The position numbers and the translations under genes are program-made. The notes under the pieces are model-generated. The model worked only from the letters and a program-made list of their open reading frames with translations, searched no databases and was not told the origin of the DNA. DNA of 63,039 nucleotides, counting the filler, from Thelocarpon superellum (taxonomy: Eukaryota): assembly GCA_026025795.1 (NCBI GenBank). It is 2 parts of 2 records of this genome, joined end to end, with 100 filler letters (N's around TTAATTAATTAA, not from the genome) between each part and the next. Parts side by side here need not be neighbours in the genome. Positions count along the whole stretch, not along the records: positions 1 to 31,499 come from JAPEUG010000191.1; 1 more part is not named here. One strand, given 5' to 3'. This document shows positions 13,070-23,747 of this stretch, one piece after another (the stretch's first letter is position 1; each line of letters begins with the position of its first letter).

Positions 13070-14255
13070 ATGTCGCTGCGCCGCGTCGTCTACACGCTCC
13101 CCTTGCGGCGTAACCTGCTTGCCTCGTGCTCCACCACCACGCGCACCTTCAGCACTTCATCCTCCCGCAATGCCCCCACGCGCTCCCCTTCCCTTGGCGA
13201 TGTGACCCCCGATGGAGCGGCGGAGTTTGATGCACGGCAGAAGGACTTTAGAGCCAAGACGGCTCTGGCCAACAAGGTCAAGGCACAGCAAGACAGTCAG
13301 TCGATCGCGGCCTCCCCCGCTCCTGCTGCCCCCCGCCCCACGTCCGATGCGGACGCCAGTGCGACGAGTCCTCATGCGGCCCTCGCAGGCTCACTCTCAC
13401 CCGCGTCTACAGGAGCACAGAAGGAGCCATCGCAAGACGATGCCGATGGCTCGCCCAAACGCAAGGGCGCCCTGTCGTCCCTGATCTACGGCACGCACGA
13501 GGGCCGACAGATGGAGCAGGAGATTGAGCAGTCCTTCTCGCAGGTGCTCGCCCGGGGCAAATACGTGCACTCCATCGTCTTTCACCAAGTCAAGCCGGAC
13601 AAGGTGGACGAGTACGTCGATCTGGTGGGCAAATGGTACCCGCGCATGGCGAGCATGGAGGAGAACAAGGTGCATCTGGTGGGGAGCTGGCGGACCGAGG
13701 TGGGGGACTGTGATACCTTTGGTGAGCTCGCGGCGCATGACTGTTGGTGCGTTCCACTAACGGGAGGCAGTCCATATCTGGGAATACCAACGGTACCATG
13801 GATACCACGCCTCCCTACATTCCATCTCGCGACACCCTGAATTCCCCGCCTTTGACGCGCAATTGAAGCAGCTCATCAGCAGCAAGAACACGTCCTTGAT
13901 GCAAGAATTCTCCTTCTGGCCCACGACGGCGCCGCGGTCGCTCGGCGGGCTCTTCGAACTCCGCTCGTACACGCTGCACCCGGGAAACCTGCTCGAGTGG
14001 GAGACGCACTGGCGACGGGGCCTCAAGGCGCGGCGCGAAGTGATGGAGGGCGTGGGGGCGTGGTTCGTGCAGATTGGCGAGCTGAACACGGTGCATCATC
14101 TCTGGCAGTTTGCCGACCTCGAGGAGCGCAAGCTCCGCCGCGAGCGCAGCTGGAGCGTCGAGGGCTGGGGCGAGACGGTGCACAAGACGGTGCCGCTCAT
14201 TCAGACGATGCGTTCGCGCATCTTGATTCCGATGCCGTGGAGTCCGGTTGCGTGA
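13070..14255 (+). CDS. Mitochondrial NIPSNAP family protein, 2 exons (intron 13722-13770)
   Basis: Arg/Ser-rich presequence; SFSQVLARGKYVHSI, LVGSWRTEVGDCDTFVHIWEY, FELRSYTLHPGNLLEW, GAWFVQIGELNTVHHLW. Confidence 0.93.
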
Positions 14256-15765
14256 ATTGGCGTCGGATCTAGGTATGTGGGATGTGGAGATTGGATGCGG
14301 CCAAGTAAGGGGCAAGGAGCTGACGAAGATTCCGAGGTGTTATCCAGCATCACGCGGCGCTGTGCCGCACATAGGTCCAGCTCGACCTGCCTTGACTCGC
14401 CTCCCTCAAGCCATCGATCGATCTCCATGACCACAGCCATGGCAGCCATCATATGGGAGACAGACGGAAGCGGTCGCGGTCGCGGTCGCGGTCGCGGTCG
14501 CGCAAGCAGAAGAAGCATCACCTTTGTTACCGGAAGACGGACACAGACACGGGCAAGGACAGGGGACGCGGGACGCGGGACGAGACCATCTTTGTATCGT
14601 AGGTGTATTTAACATGTCCGTGGCATCGCCCATTCATCCGGTCACACAATCTTTGCGTCGCCGAGCTGGGAATATCATGGCGCAGGCGAACCGATCTGAA
14701 TGTTGAGACGGAGGCTCAACGCCGCCAGGTGGAGGCAGGAGATGAGAGAGCGCCTCTATCATGGCTGCAGTTAGCCCCTGGTAGCCACTCATGAATCAAT
14801 TTTCGATGCTGAACCATTGAAAGGGGCCACCTCGGCGGCAGGACATGCAAAGCAACCTGGCAACCTAGATCATAGTATGGTCTAATGCAAGCAGCCAAAC
14901 AAGTCCCTGTCACCACGCAGCCGCCAATGCCAGGCCAGACCCCGACCCGGACCCTGCTCCTTTCCACTGTTCTCGCTCCTATGCTTGGTGTTTGGCGCAA
15001 CACCTCTTTGTCGTGCCGGGTCGCCCTCCCCATGACCAATTGAGAACCACCAAGTATGTTATCCTCCAACAGAGCGCCGTAGGCTCCTAGGGATTCCTTC
15101 TGCTTGATTATACAGTCACCTATCCACAGGCCTGATACGAGGACAACGCCGAGCGTTGCAACAAGACAAATGAGTGAGTCAGTGGGTCGCGGGCTGGCTC
15201 CAGTCAAGAAACGACCCCGCCTGTTCCTCCGCCTTGGTGGGCCGTGGTCGTACTGGAGATCCTTTGATGCGTGACGTCAGTCGATCAGCGTCCCTCGCCC
15301 ACGCCAACAAGGCGATCCGGTCATGTCCGCCCTACCGTCGGACACCCGTTCTGCAGAGATCGACCGGCTGACGCGTGAAATCGACGAGCGCTCGGCCGAG
15401 CTCGCCGGCCTTTAGCATTTCACGCACTCTCATCCGTGCCGCGGCGGACCAGTTGCACAGCAGCAGCGTCGCGGCTCTGAAGTATTGAGGCATCCTCCAT
15501 GCCGGCCTCCCTATCGAAGAGCAGGTTGAACTCGGTGCCACGTGACTCTATCACATGACGTTGCGGTGGAAGTTGGTGGTCAAACACGCTGGTCAGAAGA
15601 GTCGTGACTGACCAATTCTATCGCCATGAGCCCGACGCCCAGGACCGCAGCTGGTGGGACGCGCCCAGAGAGCGGCCGAAGGAACCACCTGCGAATCATC
15701 GCTACCCCTTGACTGATTAAAGCTCTAGCCATTACGCACATCGTCAATCGGGCCAACTTGCTACG

Positions 15766-15804
15766 TTTACTAGACCTGAATCTACCACGTACCTTGGCGG
15801 GTAG
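15766..15804. other. Conserved non-coding box with hairpin upstream of family copy A
   Basis: TTTACTAGACCTGAATCTACCACGTA (15766-15791) matches the reverse complement of 29503-29528 at 22/26 nt. Inverted repeat CTACC(15782)..GGTAG(15804). Confidence 0.7.
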
Positions 15805-15927
15805 GCCACTGCTTCACTCTTCAAGCGTCATTGAACTTGGGAATCGTCAAGCAGTACTGCTAGTACTATCTGAGCCACATCTTCTACACGAATACGTACT
15901 CGTGGGTATGTGGCTTTCAGCAGAACG

Positions 15928-15954
15928 CTTCTATAAGTAGCAGCTCCTCTGCCT
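15928..15954 (+). promoter_or_regulatory. TATA-like core promoter box conserved between copies A and C
   Basis: CTTCTATAAGTAGCAGCTCCTCTGCCT matches CTTCTACAAGAAGCACCTCCTCTACCT (29362-29336, - strand) at 23/27 nt. Both are followed by a pyrimidine-rich leader. Confidence 0.55.
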
Positions 15955-16095
15955 ACCTTCTCTTCTTCTCTCTTTCTCTGTCCGTGCTCTGCCAAGCAGC
16001 CTCTGAGCTGCCAAGACTTCCTCCCTTCTCTGAGCTCTCGCGGGCTCGTTTGACCTCGTCCGACTTTCCTCCAAGTCCTCGAAACAATCCCGAAG

Positions 16096-17520
16096 ATGAG
16101 TGACGACAACCGCCGCACGATCTCGAGGGAGCTCGCCCTCAAGCTGGAGCAACGAGGAGGACTCTCGCCCGTCGTCGACAACAAGCGGAAGCTTTCGCTC
16201 GCAGCTATCATACCACCGACAAGCGCCCAGGGCAGCCGCTCTTCGTCGGGTACATCAGCAAACATCATCACGTCAGCTTCCTTCCACGCCTCCTCCATTA
16301 ATGAGGATGTTACAGAGGTCGACATCCCGGCAGATCTCGAGAGCAAGGAGACCTACATGTTCATGGGTTTCGATGACACGACTGCTACCATGCTCTGGGA
16401 CAAGTATACCACGGCTTGCGACGACCCCGAATTCGGCGACGAGTACGACTTCTGCGAATTTGCTGTCGACCATGTCATCACAGCTGATCACCCTGATGCG
16501 ACGAGTGAGGAAGATGACTGGGATGCCTACATGCGAGCTGTAGGCATCGACGACAAGCTACGAGAAGCGATCCTCCTCCCCGAGTACGAAGATATTCGAT
16601 ACACCGCAACCTGCAAGTTTTGGTTACTCGAGACGATCAACCGGACATGGGATGCTCTTGAAAGCTTGGAGGTTCAACTCAGCCAGACAACTACGCGTCG
16701 AGAACAGCGCGAGGCGGCTGAGCAGCCTGCTGTAAGCTACTCCATGCCCCCATCTCATTCCTCAGGCCCAGCATCTTGCTAAATATTATCGCCTTCTACC
16801 CAGGGGGAGTCATTGTCTACAATGTCAGACGTGCGGCGGCCAGGAGAGGACCCGACACCACCCGTTCCCATACAAGGACCAGCACCTGCCTTCCGTGAAG
16901 GGCACACGATGATCTTCCGAGCAGACAATCGGAAGAGAACTCTCATGCTCTTGACTCAGGGTGTACAAGACATCAACCTCGGCTTACTTGCAGCTGCCCC
17001 TGGCGATTTCAGTGGAATTACTCCAGTTCTCTACACTACCCCTCAACGAGAAATCGCGGACCAGTATGCGGCTTGGTTGAAGAAGAAGGTTCTGATCGAC
17101 GACGTCGTGATTCTCCAATTCGCCGTGCCGAACGAGTGGTTGAGACAGTTCCATGTGGAGTACCTGTGGTATGGCGGTGATCAGGACGGGATCCGGCCGG
17201 CAGACGCATGGAGGAAGCTGGTCTGGGCGTCTCGACGAGTTGCCGACGAAATATCACCTGAGCTTGAAAAGCTTTCCTCTGTCGACGTCCTCATCGGCCA
17301 CATCGCCTCCGGCAAACACAAGAAGTTCAAGAAGATGCCGGACTACACGGACATCAAGCGGAGCCAACTCCTCAGGGTGAAGATTGACGGCGAGTGGAAG
17401 GATGGCATCCAGTGGGCCTTCATGACGCCCAGCGTGAGATATCGATTCAAGGAGCGCTTCGCCAACGACGTCTACATCCACTGGATCCGATCCCGTAGGC
17501 CTCCGGAGGATGGTAATTAG
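16096..17520 (+). CDS. Hypothetical protein, family copy A (about 450 aa): uncharacterised N-terminal domain plus DUF3990/ADP-ribosyltransferase-like C-terminal domain; exons 16096-16731 and 16804-17520
   Basis: A 72-nt intron GTAAGC..GCTAAA..CAG joins ORFs 16096-16782 and 16813-17520 in frame. Clear paralogy to 29206-27518 and about 25940-27092. The domain call is from motif resemblance only. Confidence 0.8.
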
Positions 17521-17691
17521 GTAGTGGTCAGACTGGCTCCACAAAGGAAGCATTCACCTAGGATACGATGTGTCTTACTGTGGCATCCTCTCCAACAGCA
17601 TTACCAGCACATGAGCACAGCGAATGGGGGCTGTCCCATTTACTGAGCCCAGCTAATGGCGGCCGCCCTGTTCTCGGAGCACAGTTGCTGG

Positions 17692-17925
17692 GGGCCCCGC
17701 CAATTACTCAGAGGGGAGTCTGGAGTACTCTCTATTATATCAGCACGGATGTACAAAGTAGTCTAGGGCCCCTCCAATTACTCAGAGGGGAGTCTGGAGT
17801 ACTCTCTATTATATCAGCACGGATGTATAAAGTAGTCTAGGGCCCCTCCAATTACTCAGAGGGGAGTCTGGAGTACTCTCTATTATATCAGCACGGATGT
17901 ACAAAGTAGTCTAGGGCCCCTCCAA
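17692..17925. repeat. 74-bp minisatellite, about 3.2 near-identical copies
   Basis: CAATTACTCAGAGGGGAGTCTGGAGTACTC... starts at 17701, 17775 and 17849, with a partial unit at 17923. Within the three units there is one C/T difference, in unit 2. Confidence 0.97.
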
Positions 17926-18349
17926 GCACCATGTATCATCGAGTGACACGATCATTGTGGAGGTAGCTGGGGATGAAGCAGAAAAGGTAGTCATGAGATT
18001 AGATAGGTCATGTGGAGATGAAGAGGTATGATCAATCACGTAGTCAAGCCGCCCTGCCCGTGCTCCTTGCTTGTTCGTCACTCGCTGAATCAATGGGTTC
18101 CCATGGAGCCAACCACTTTCCCGTCTATCCTGGATCTCCTCTCCTCGCCGCATATGCCGTCCTTGCCGTGTACTGATATGCCCGACACCCTGGGATGATG
18201 TTCCGTGTCGACGGGTCTTTCGATCTCGCGTGATGCGTCCGTCGCTCGTCGCTCGTCGCTCGTCGCTTGTTATTGGATGGAAAGGTGGTGGTGGTGGTGG
18301 TGGGGCACGAGCTCGAAACGGACACGGATGGTGTGGTCAAGGCAATCGA

Positions 18350-18532
18350 TCACCACATGCCGGCGTCAAGGATATTCTCAATCCATCGGATTGACACCGT
18401 GCGAGGATGGAGACAGTACATCGCGCACACCTCGTCGCGAATGGCTTGGGCATCGGTCACACCGTCGCTGTAAATGTCGAACACCGCGGCCGTCATGGCG
18501 CGGCTCCAGCCCGAGGGGATGGGGAGGGACAT
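18350..18532 (-). CDS. Candidate 60-aa microprotein
   Basis: Strong CACCATG start context, pyrimidine-rich leader and a protein-like amphipathic helical pattern; no recognised homolog. Confidence 0.35.
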   Translation of the reverse strand: MSLPIPSGWSRAMTAAVFDIYSDGVTDAQAIRDEVCAMYCLHPRTVSIRWIENILDAGMW

Positions 18533-18548
18533 GGTGAGGTGGCAGGCG

Positions 18549-18602
18549 TGAGGTTGTGGGCGAGGGTGTGGGCGAGGGTGTGGGCGAGGGTGTGGGCGAG
18601 GT
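18549..18602. repeat. 12-bp tandem repeat (GTGTGGGCGAGG), about 4 copies
   Basis: Read directly from the sequence. Confidence 0.8.
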
Positions 18603-18751
18603 TGGACGAGGATAGGAGGGAGGAAGATGTGCTTAGGGGGATCAAGGCTATGTGATTACAAGCTTGATGATCGTGGTGGGGTCGAACGCGAGATATCATG
18701 GGAATCGTACGGCGGGCGTCAAGGTGCGAGTATATATGTCTATCATCACCG

Positions 18752-19982
18752 TCATGATAGCTTGGACCGGGGCGTCAGGGCGGTGTCGGCCGCAGGATCC
18801 GCGACGTCGTGGCCCACGGATTCTCGGATGAAAGCGACGAGCACGTTGACGAATTGCTTCTGGGTGGGAAGAAAGTGACCGCCGGGATGCAGGATGACTC
18901 TCCGCGATCTGAGGTCGTCGGTCAAGGAACAGGCCTCGACCAGGTGCAAGCTCCGACTCTCGTCGACCACGCTGTCGAGACTCCCGATAAAGTGCAGCAG
19001 CGGCGTTGCGATGGGCGGGTCGTACAGCGCGGCGTAGCGTGCATGGGGCGCTCGGAAGCCCGAATACGACACGGCGAAGCGGAAGGGGGGATGGATGATG
19101 CTGGGCTCGGCGGCGCGGGCCCCGGCCATCGAGCCATCGTCGGTCAGCAGCTGCGGCGGGTAGGGGATGCCGGGGGTGGGCAGGGCATGGGAGCCTCGCT
19201 CAAGCGCGGCCCGCCGACGCGGTTCCAACAGAGCGGCCAACATTGCCGCGGCCGCCGCGCCCTGGCTGAAGCCGATCACCCCGGCAAACGGACCCCGTTG
19301 CTTCAACGTCTCCGCCATCACGCCCCACCCCTGCTCGATGCCCTCATATTCCCCCGTCTGCTCGTCCTTGCGCCACCAGGCCCAGGACTCCACGGCGGCG
19401 CGGCCATCATGGTCCTCGTTCGCTGACCCCGGGTGGGGAGCGGTGGCGTCGGTGGGCTGGCCCGGTAGGCTGCCAGGCTCGAGCCTGAATGGCCCGGTCG
19501 GATAGACGAGCTCGACCCCACCAGGATAGGCGGGCAGGTGATTGGGCGCGGGCGCTGCAGGCAAGGCCTTGGATATTGCCTTCTCGAGCGCTCGGGTCTT
19601 ATCGTGAAAGCGCGGGCCCGACTGGGTGAAGCCTATGGGTCAGGTGTGAGCGAGTGGGCGAGTGCGCAACGGACGGATGGTCGGTGTTGGTGGGTCAAGG
19701 CGTTGGCGGCGGGCACATGTGGTCGGTGCTTGTGAGGCACTGCTCGCCAGCTCTACGCACGCACACGACCCAAAAAATGGAGCCGAAGAGGTCGGCACAG
19801 TGCCACGCACAGGCACAAGCACAGGCACACGAACACATATGCGCATGCACATACGTACCATGAAGCATCAAGATCCGCAGCTTGCGTGTGGCTGAGACCT
19901 CTGCCGGGCGATGGTCGGCCGCAGTGGCATGGTCACCGCCAGCGATGGTCTCGGCCAAGTCGGCGATCGAGCTGTTTGCCAT
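18752..19982 (-). CDS. FSH1/OVCA2-family serine hydrolase, 2 exons (intron 19858-19633)
   Basis: KLRILMLHG|FTQSG, YPTGP, GPFAGVIGFSQGAA nucleophile motif, LHFIGSLD, HPGGHFLP. Confidence 0.92.
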
Positions 19983-20671
19983 GGCGCGGGGCACGAGGCG
20001 AGGAAACAAACAATTCGACGAGAGGGGTGGGTACGGCAGGGAGAGGATGCGATGTCGCATGGAGCGGGTGTGCAAGGATGCGTCAGGGTGGTCCAGGGGG
20101 CTCCAGGATGCTCCTCGCCCTCGGCCTGACAAATCAGGTCAGCCGACCGGGCGAGTGAGACACGGCGGGGCCAGAGGCAAGCATCTCGACGAACGATGGA
20201 AACGAGGCCGGGCGGAGGGACGGCGGGCAGAAGAGCAAGCATACGAGAGCCGGCCATGTCCGCTCGGTGCACGGCGGCGCATGGCGCACATGTCGCACGC
20301 CTGCTGCGTCTTCCCTGCTGCTCACTGGCCCAGCCGGCACGCCTCGCCCTCGTCTCCCCGGCTATCGCCAACGCGAGCTGCAGCCGGTCGATAGTGGATC
20401 GGTTGGGACCACAAAGATGCACGTCGACCCAGTCTGGCTGCTGGCTGCTGTATCGTACATGGCCATGATTAGAACAGCTACGCGTCCTCTATCCTACACA
20501 CCACATGCCGTCCAATCGGTCCATTCGACCTGCGCCGGACCGGTCCTTACCCCGCCTCCGCTGCTGGCTCGCTCACCGCGGCTCCACGCCCCCTGCCCCC
20601 TGCCCCCCGCCCTTGCTCCCTGCTCCCTGCTCCCTGCTCCCTGCTCACCGCGTCCCGCTTGTGCGGCGCGG

Positions 20672-22383
20672 TCAGTGCACTTTGCTGGTCTTACCCCCCT
20701 TCTCCGTGCCCGCCGGTTGCAGTCGTGCCATCATCTCCTCCTTGGTGATCAGGTGGTCGATGCGCTCCAAGAGGCCCAGCAGCGTCTTCATGTTGCCGCT
20801 CCATTCGTTGAGCACGTCATCCGCGTCGCGGGGCCGCGCAAAGCTGACGATGCGCGCCGGCCGATCGATCTTGGCGTACACGGTCTTGGCCGTGACCAGC
20901 TGGCTGATGTACTTCTCCGTCTCCTCCTCCGTCAGGTCGAGCAGCTGCGTGAGACGGCCCAGGTCGATCCGGGTGTAGTATTTGGCAATGACGCGCACAT
21001 TGTGCTCGATGACGCGTTTCCGGAGATCCTGCCACCGCTGGTGGGCCTTGCCGTCATCGGACTGCCCCGGCGCATCGTCGAAGACGGGGGTGGCACAGAG
21101 GTGGGCCCCAAACCGCTCGGAGATCAACGGCCATCGCATGAGCTCCGGCACGGTGAACAGCTTCAGCAGCTGCGCATCCGACGGGATCTGGTTGTTGCGG
21201 CTGTCGCGGTGGATGCGGTGGAGCAGGTCGGATTGCTCGTTGTCGTAGGGGGCGAGGATGATGAAGTAGATGACGTTTTCCAGCACCTATCAGCCTCGTC
21301 AGCGGCACGGACATGCTCATCGCCGCGACGCCAATCCGCATACCGTTCGTAGCTTTTCCGGATTCTCTTCAATGGCATCGGTGTCCAACACTTGGCGGTA
21401 GTGCTTGCAGACGTCGAGGTACTTGTCGTCGTGCTTGGCCAGCTGAATCTGCTGCTCGTAGAATCGCAGCTTCAGATCCGTCACGTCGTCTTGCACGGCG
21501 AGCGGCGGATCGTCGACGCTGCGCTTCTTCTCCTGCTCCTCGCGATCCTTCCGTGCCTGCTCCTGCTGCTCGGGCGTCTGCTTGGGTTTCCGCGCAAAGT
21601 ATTTGGTGCTAATCTTCCGGCTGAGGATGGTGGCCTGGGTCCAGTCGTCGTTCTCGATGCAGAGCGCCACTTGGTCCAGGATGAACTCCGTCTTCTCCCG
21701 CCGATCCATCGACCCAAACGTCTCGACCTGCAACTCGCAGAGGACCTCGGCCGCACCCTTCTTGTCGCCTTGAGAAAGCTTGATGTCGGAGAGGATCTTG
21801 GTGACGCGGGCGCGCTCGACCTCGACGAAGATCTACTCTGCCGGTCAGCGCGGGCCGGCCACCACTCCAGCCGCCTCATCCGTCACGTACCTTTCCCTCC
21901 GTCACCGTTCGTAGCGTCTCAATCACCGCCAGCTTGCTCTCCACCGTGGGCGTCGCGTCCAGGAAGCTCATCACCACCTGCACCATCTTGGTCGTGGCCT
22001 GTTTGAGCTGGCCATGCTTCTTCGACAGCAGCAGGACTTGCTCGCTGAGCAGTTCCCAGTCGCGTGCATCCTTGCAGATGGTGACGATGGCAATGAGGAG
22101 GCGTGAGGTCGAGGCCAGATCCGATGCCTGGACGACCCCAAGTCAGAAGGGCCTCGGAGCTGGTGGCGGCATCTCACCCACCTGTCGTGTCTGCTTCTCG
22201 AGCGCTAGCAGCTTATCAAGAGCCGCTTGCACATTTGACTAAATGAGGCGCTCGATCAGATCCGGCCCCGACGACCAAGAGGGGGGAGCAGGCTACCTTG
22301 GCGAGCTCATGAGCTAAAGGGATCTGTTTGTCGACTTCCTTGGAAAAGTCCTTGTCTGGCTTGAAGAGTTGACCGTCAGGCAT
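20672..22383 (-). CDS. RPN5: 26S proteasome lid subunit Rpn5 (PSMD12), multi-exon
   Basis: KPDKDFSKEVD, LEKQTRQASDL, LSKKHGQLKQA, TEGKIFVEVERARVT, LQVETFGSMDRREK, PCI domain RVIEHNVRVIAKYYTRI..AKIDRPA. Confidence 0.96.
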
Positions 22384-22745
22384 GATGAGAGGATGGGGAA
22401 GTACTGTCGTAGTGCAGGGGGGTGCTTAAGGTAGATCACCGAGGGAGGGCGATTGAGGTGGCGTCTAGGTTGTAGGGAGAGAAGAGAGGTTGGTCGCTGG
22501 CATCCTCGTACGCGTTGCTTGATGGCGAGATGAGGCAATCGAGTAGCGAGCCATCAAGTCATCGACAATTGTCCAACACGCCACCAAGCTCATCCACGTT
22601 CACGACCCCAGACGATCCCTGGACATTTTCACGACACCGCGGAAGTCTTTCTTCTACCAATAACTCTTGAACTTCCTTGTACGTTATTGATCTACCATCT
22701 ACGGTGGTGTCGAACAAGGCGGAAAGCAGAATATGCGCCGTCATT

Positions 22746-23442
22746 TTAACGTAGCTCCATCTGCCGCCGGACCTCGAGAATTTCCTCCTCGACGACGTGC
22801 ATTTCTCGCTCAGCCTGCACAAGTCGAGGCACAGCTTCCACCAGGACGGTGGTAAAGTCTTGTTGAGCTGCACGCAAGGCTGGGGGCACAAGGATGCCAA
22901 ACCAGCGTAACGGATCCTTTCCTTTCTCCTCCGCCTTGCTCTCTTGGGTCTCGTCCGCGACCGCACGACGATCATCCGCGCCGGCTGGGTTATGCGGCTC
23001 GGATTGCACCGGTTGCGGGGCGGTGGTGATGGACACGATAGGCGCCGAGGTCGTTGATGATGGCTTAGGAAGGAAAGACCTTGATGCCGTCGTGATGAGC
23101 TTCTGTTATCATGGAGAGGAACTGATCATCTTACACTCGCCGAAGCGCCTGCATTCGATTATCGTAGTGATCTTGTCCGTACCGCACGCGTGAAGGGGCA
23201 GCGAAATTGGCTTGTGCGATGGACAAGTAGCCCTGCTACGCCGTCAACCATTCATGTGCTCAGGCCAAAAGCACGGTCGAACATACGGATGATAAACCCT
23301 TGCTCATTTGCTGCCGTAACAGTTGGTAATCATCGAGGAGGTTGAGGAATCTCTCCAGCAGACCGTCTAGCACCACCGAGAGCTCCTCCGACGCGGGCGG
23401 AGACATAACATCAGCCGGGGGGCTCCGGGCAAGTTCTGCCAT
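22746..23442 (-). CDS. VMA22: V-ATPase assembly factor Vma22/CCDC115 family, about 3 exons
   Basis: LDGLLERFLNLLDDYQ..LSS|GYLSIAQANF..RYGQDHYDNRMQA; DPLRWFGILVPPALRAAQQDF. Confidence 0.85.
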
Positions 23443-23747
23443 CTCAAACCCTTTTCTCAATTCTAGTGGTCTTAGGGGGCCTCTGTAGAACTAGGAGGCT
23501 CCTGCGCGTATTTGGCCGGTTCATATGAGGCTTCTCCCAAGAATCTTTAGTGTAGTGAATGACATGTCGCTGTACACGTCCTTTCAGCCGGCACTTGGAC
23601 ACACCAACGCAAGCCGATCTCCGACTTTTGGCTACGCACTCATCCTCTTCCATCTACGGACACAACTCTCCTACCTCGCTCCATTGTTTCCTCCCACACC
23701 CTCCCCATCTTCTGGGCCATGCTCCACGAACACTCTACCGGGTGATC

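Noticed and set aside
14716..15207. 163-aa ORF with faint oxidoreductase-like words
   Set aside because: No coherent motif set and a weak start; likely spurious or a relic.
16096..17520. Two separate adjacent genes (toxin-antitoxin pair) as suggested by the ORF track
   Set aside because: A canonical 72-nt intron joins them in frame; copy C splices likewise and copy B is continuous across the linker.
17692..17925. CRISPR-like array
   Set aside because: The units are contiguous near-identical 74-mers with no unique spacers, in a eukaryotic context with no cas genes.
22457..22585. GGTGGCG motifs as Rpn4/PACE sites upstream of RPN5
   Set aside because: Plausible, but only 7-nt matches in GC-rich DNA, and the Rpn4 site varies among fungi.
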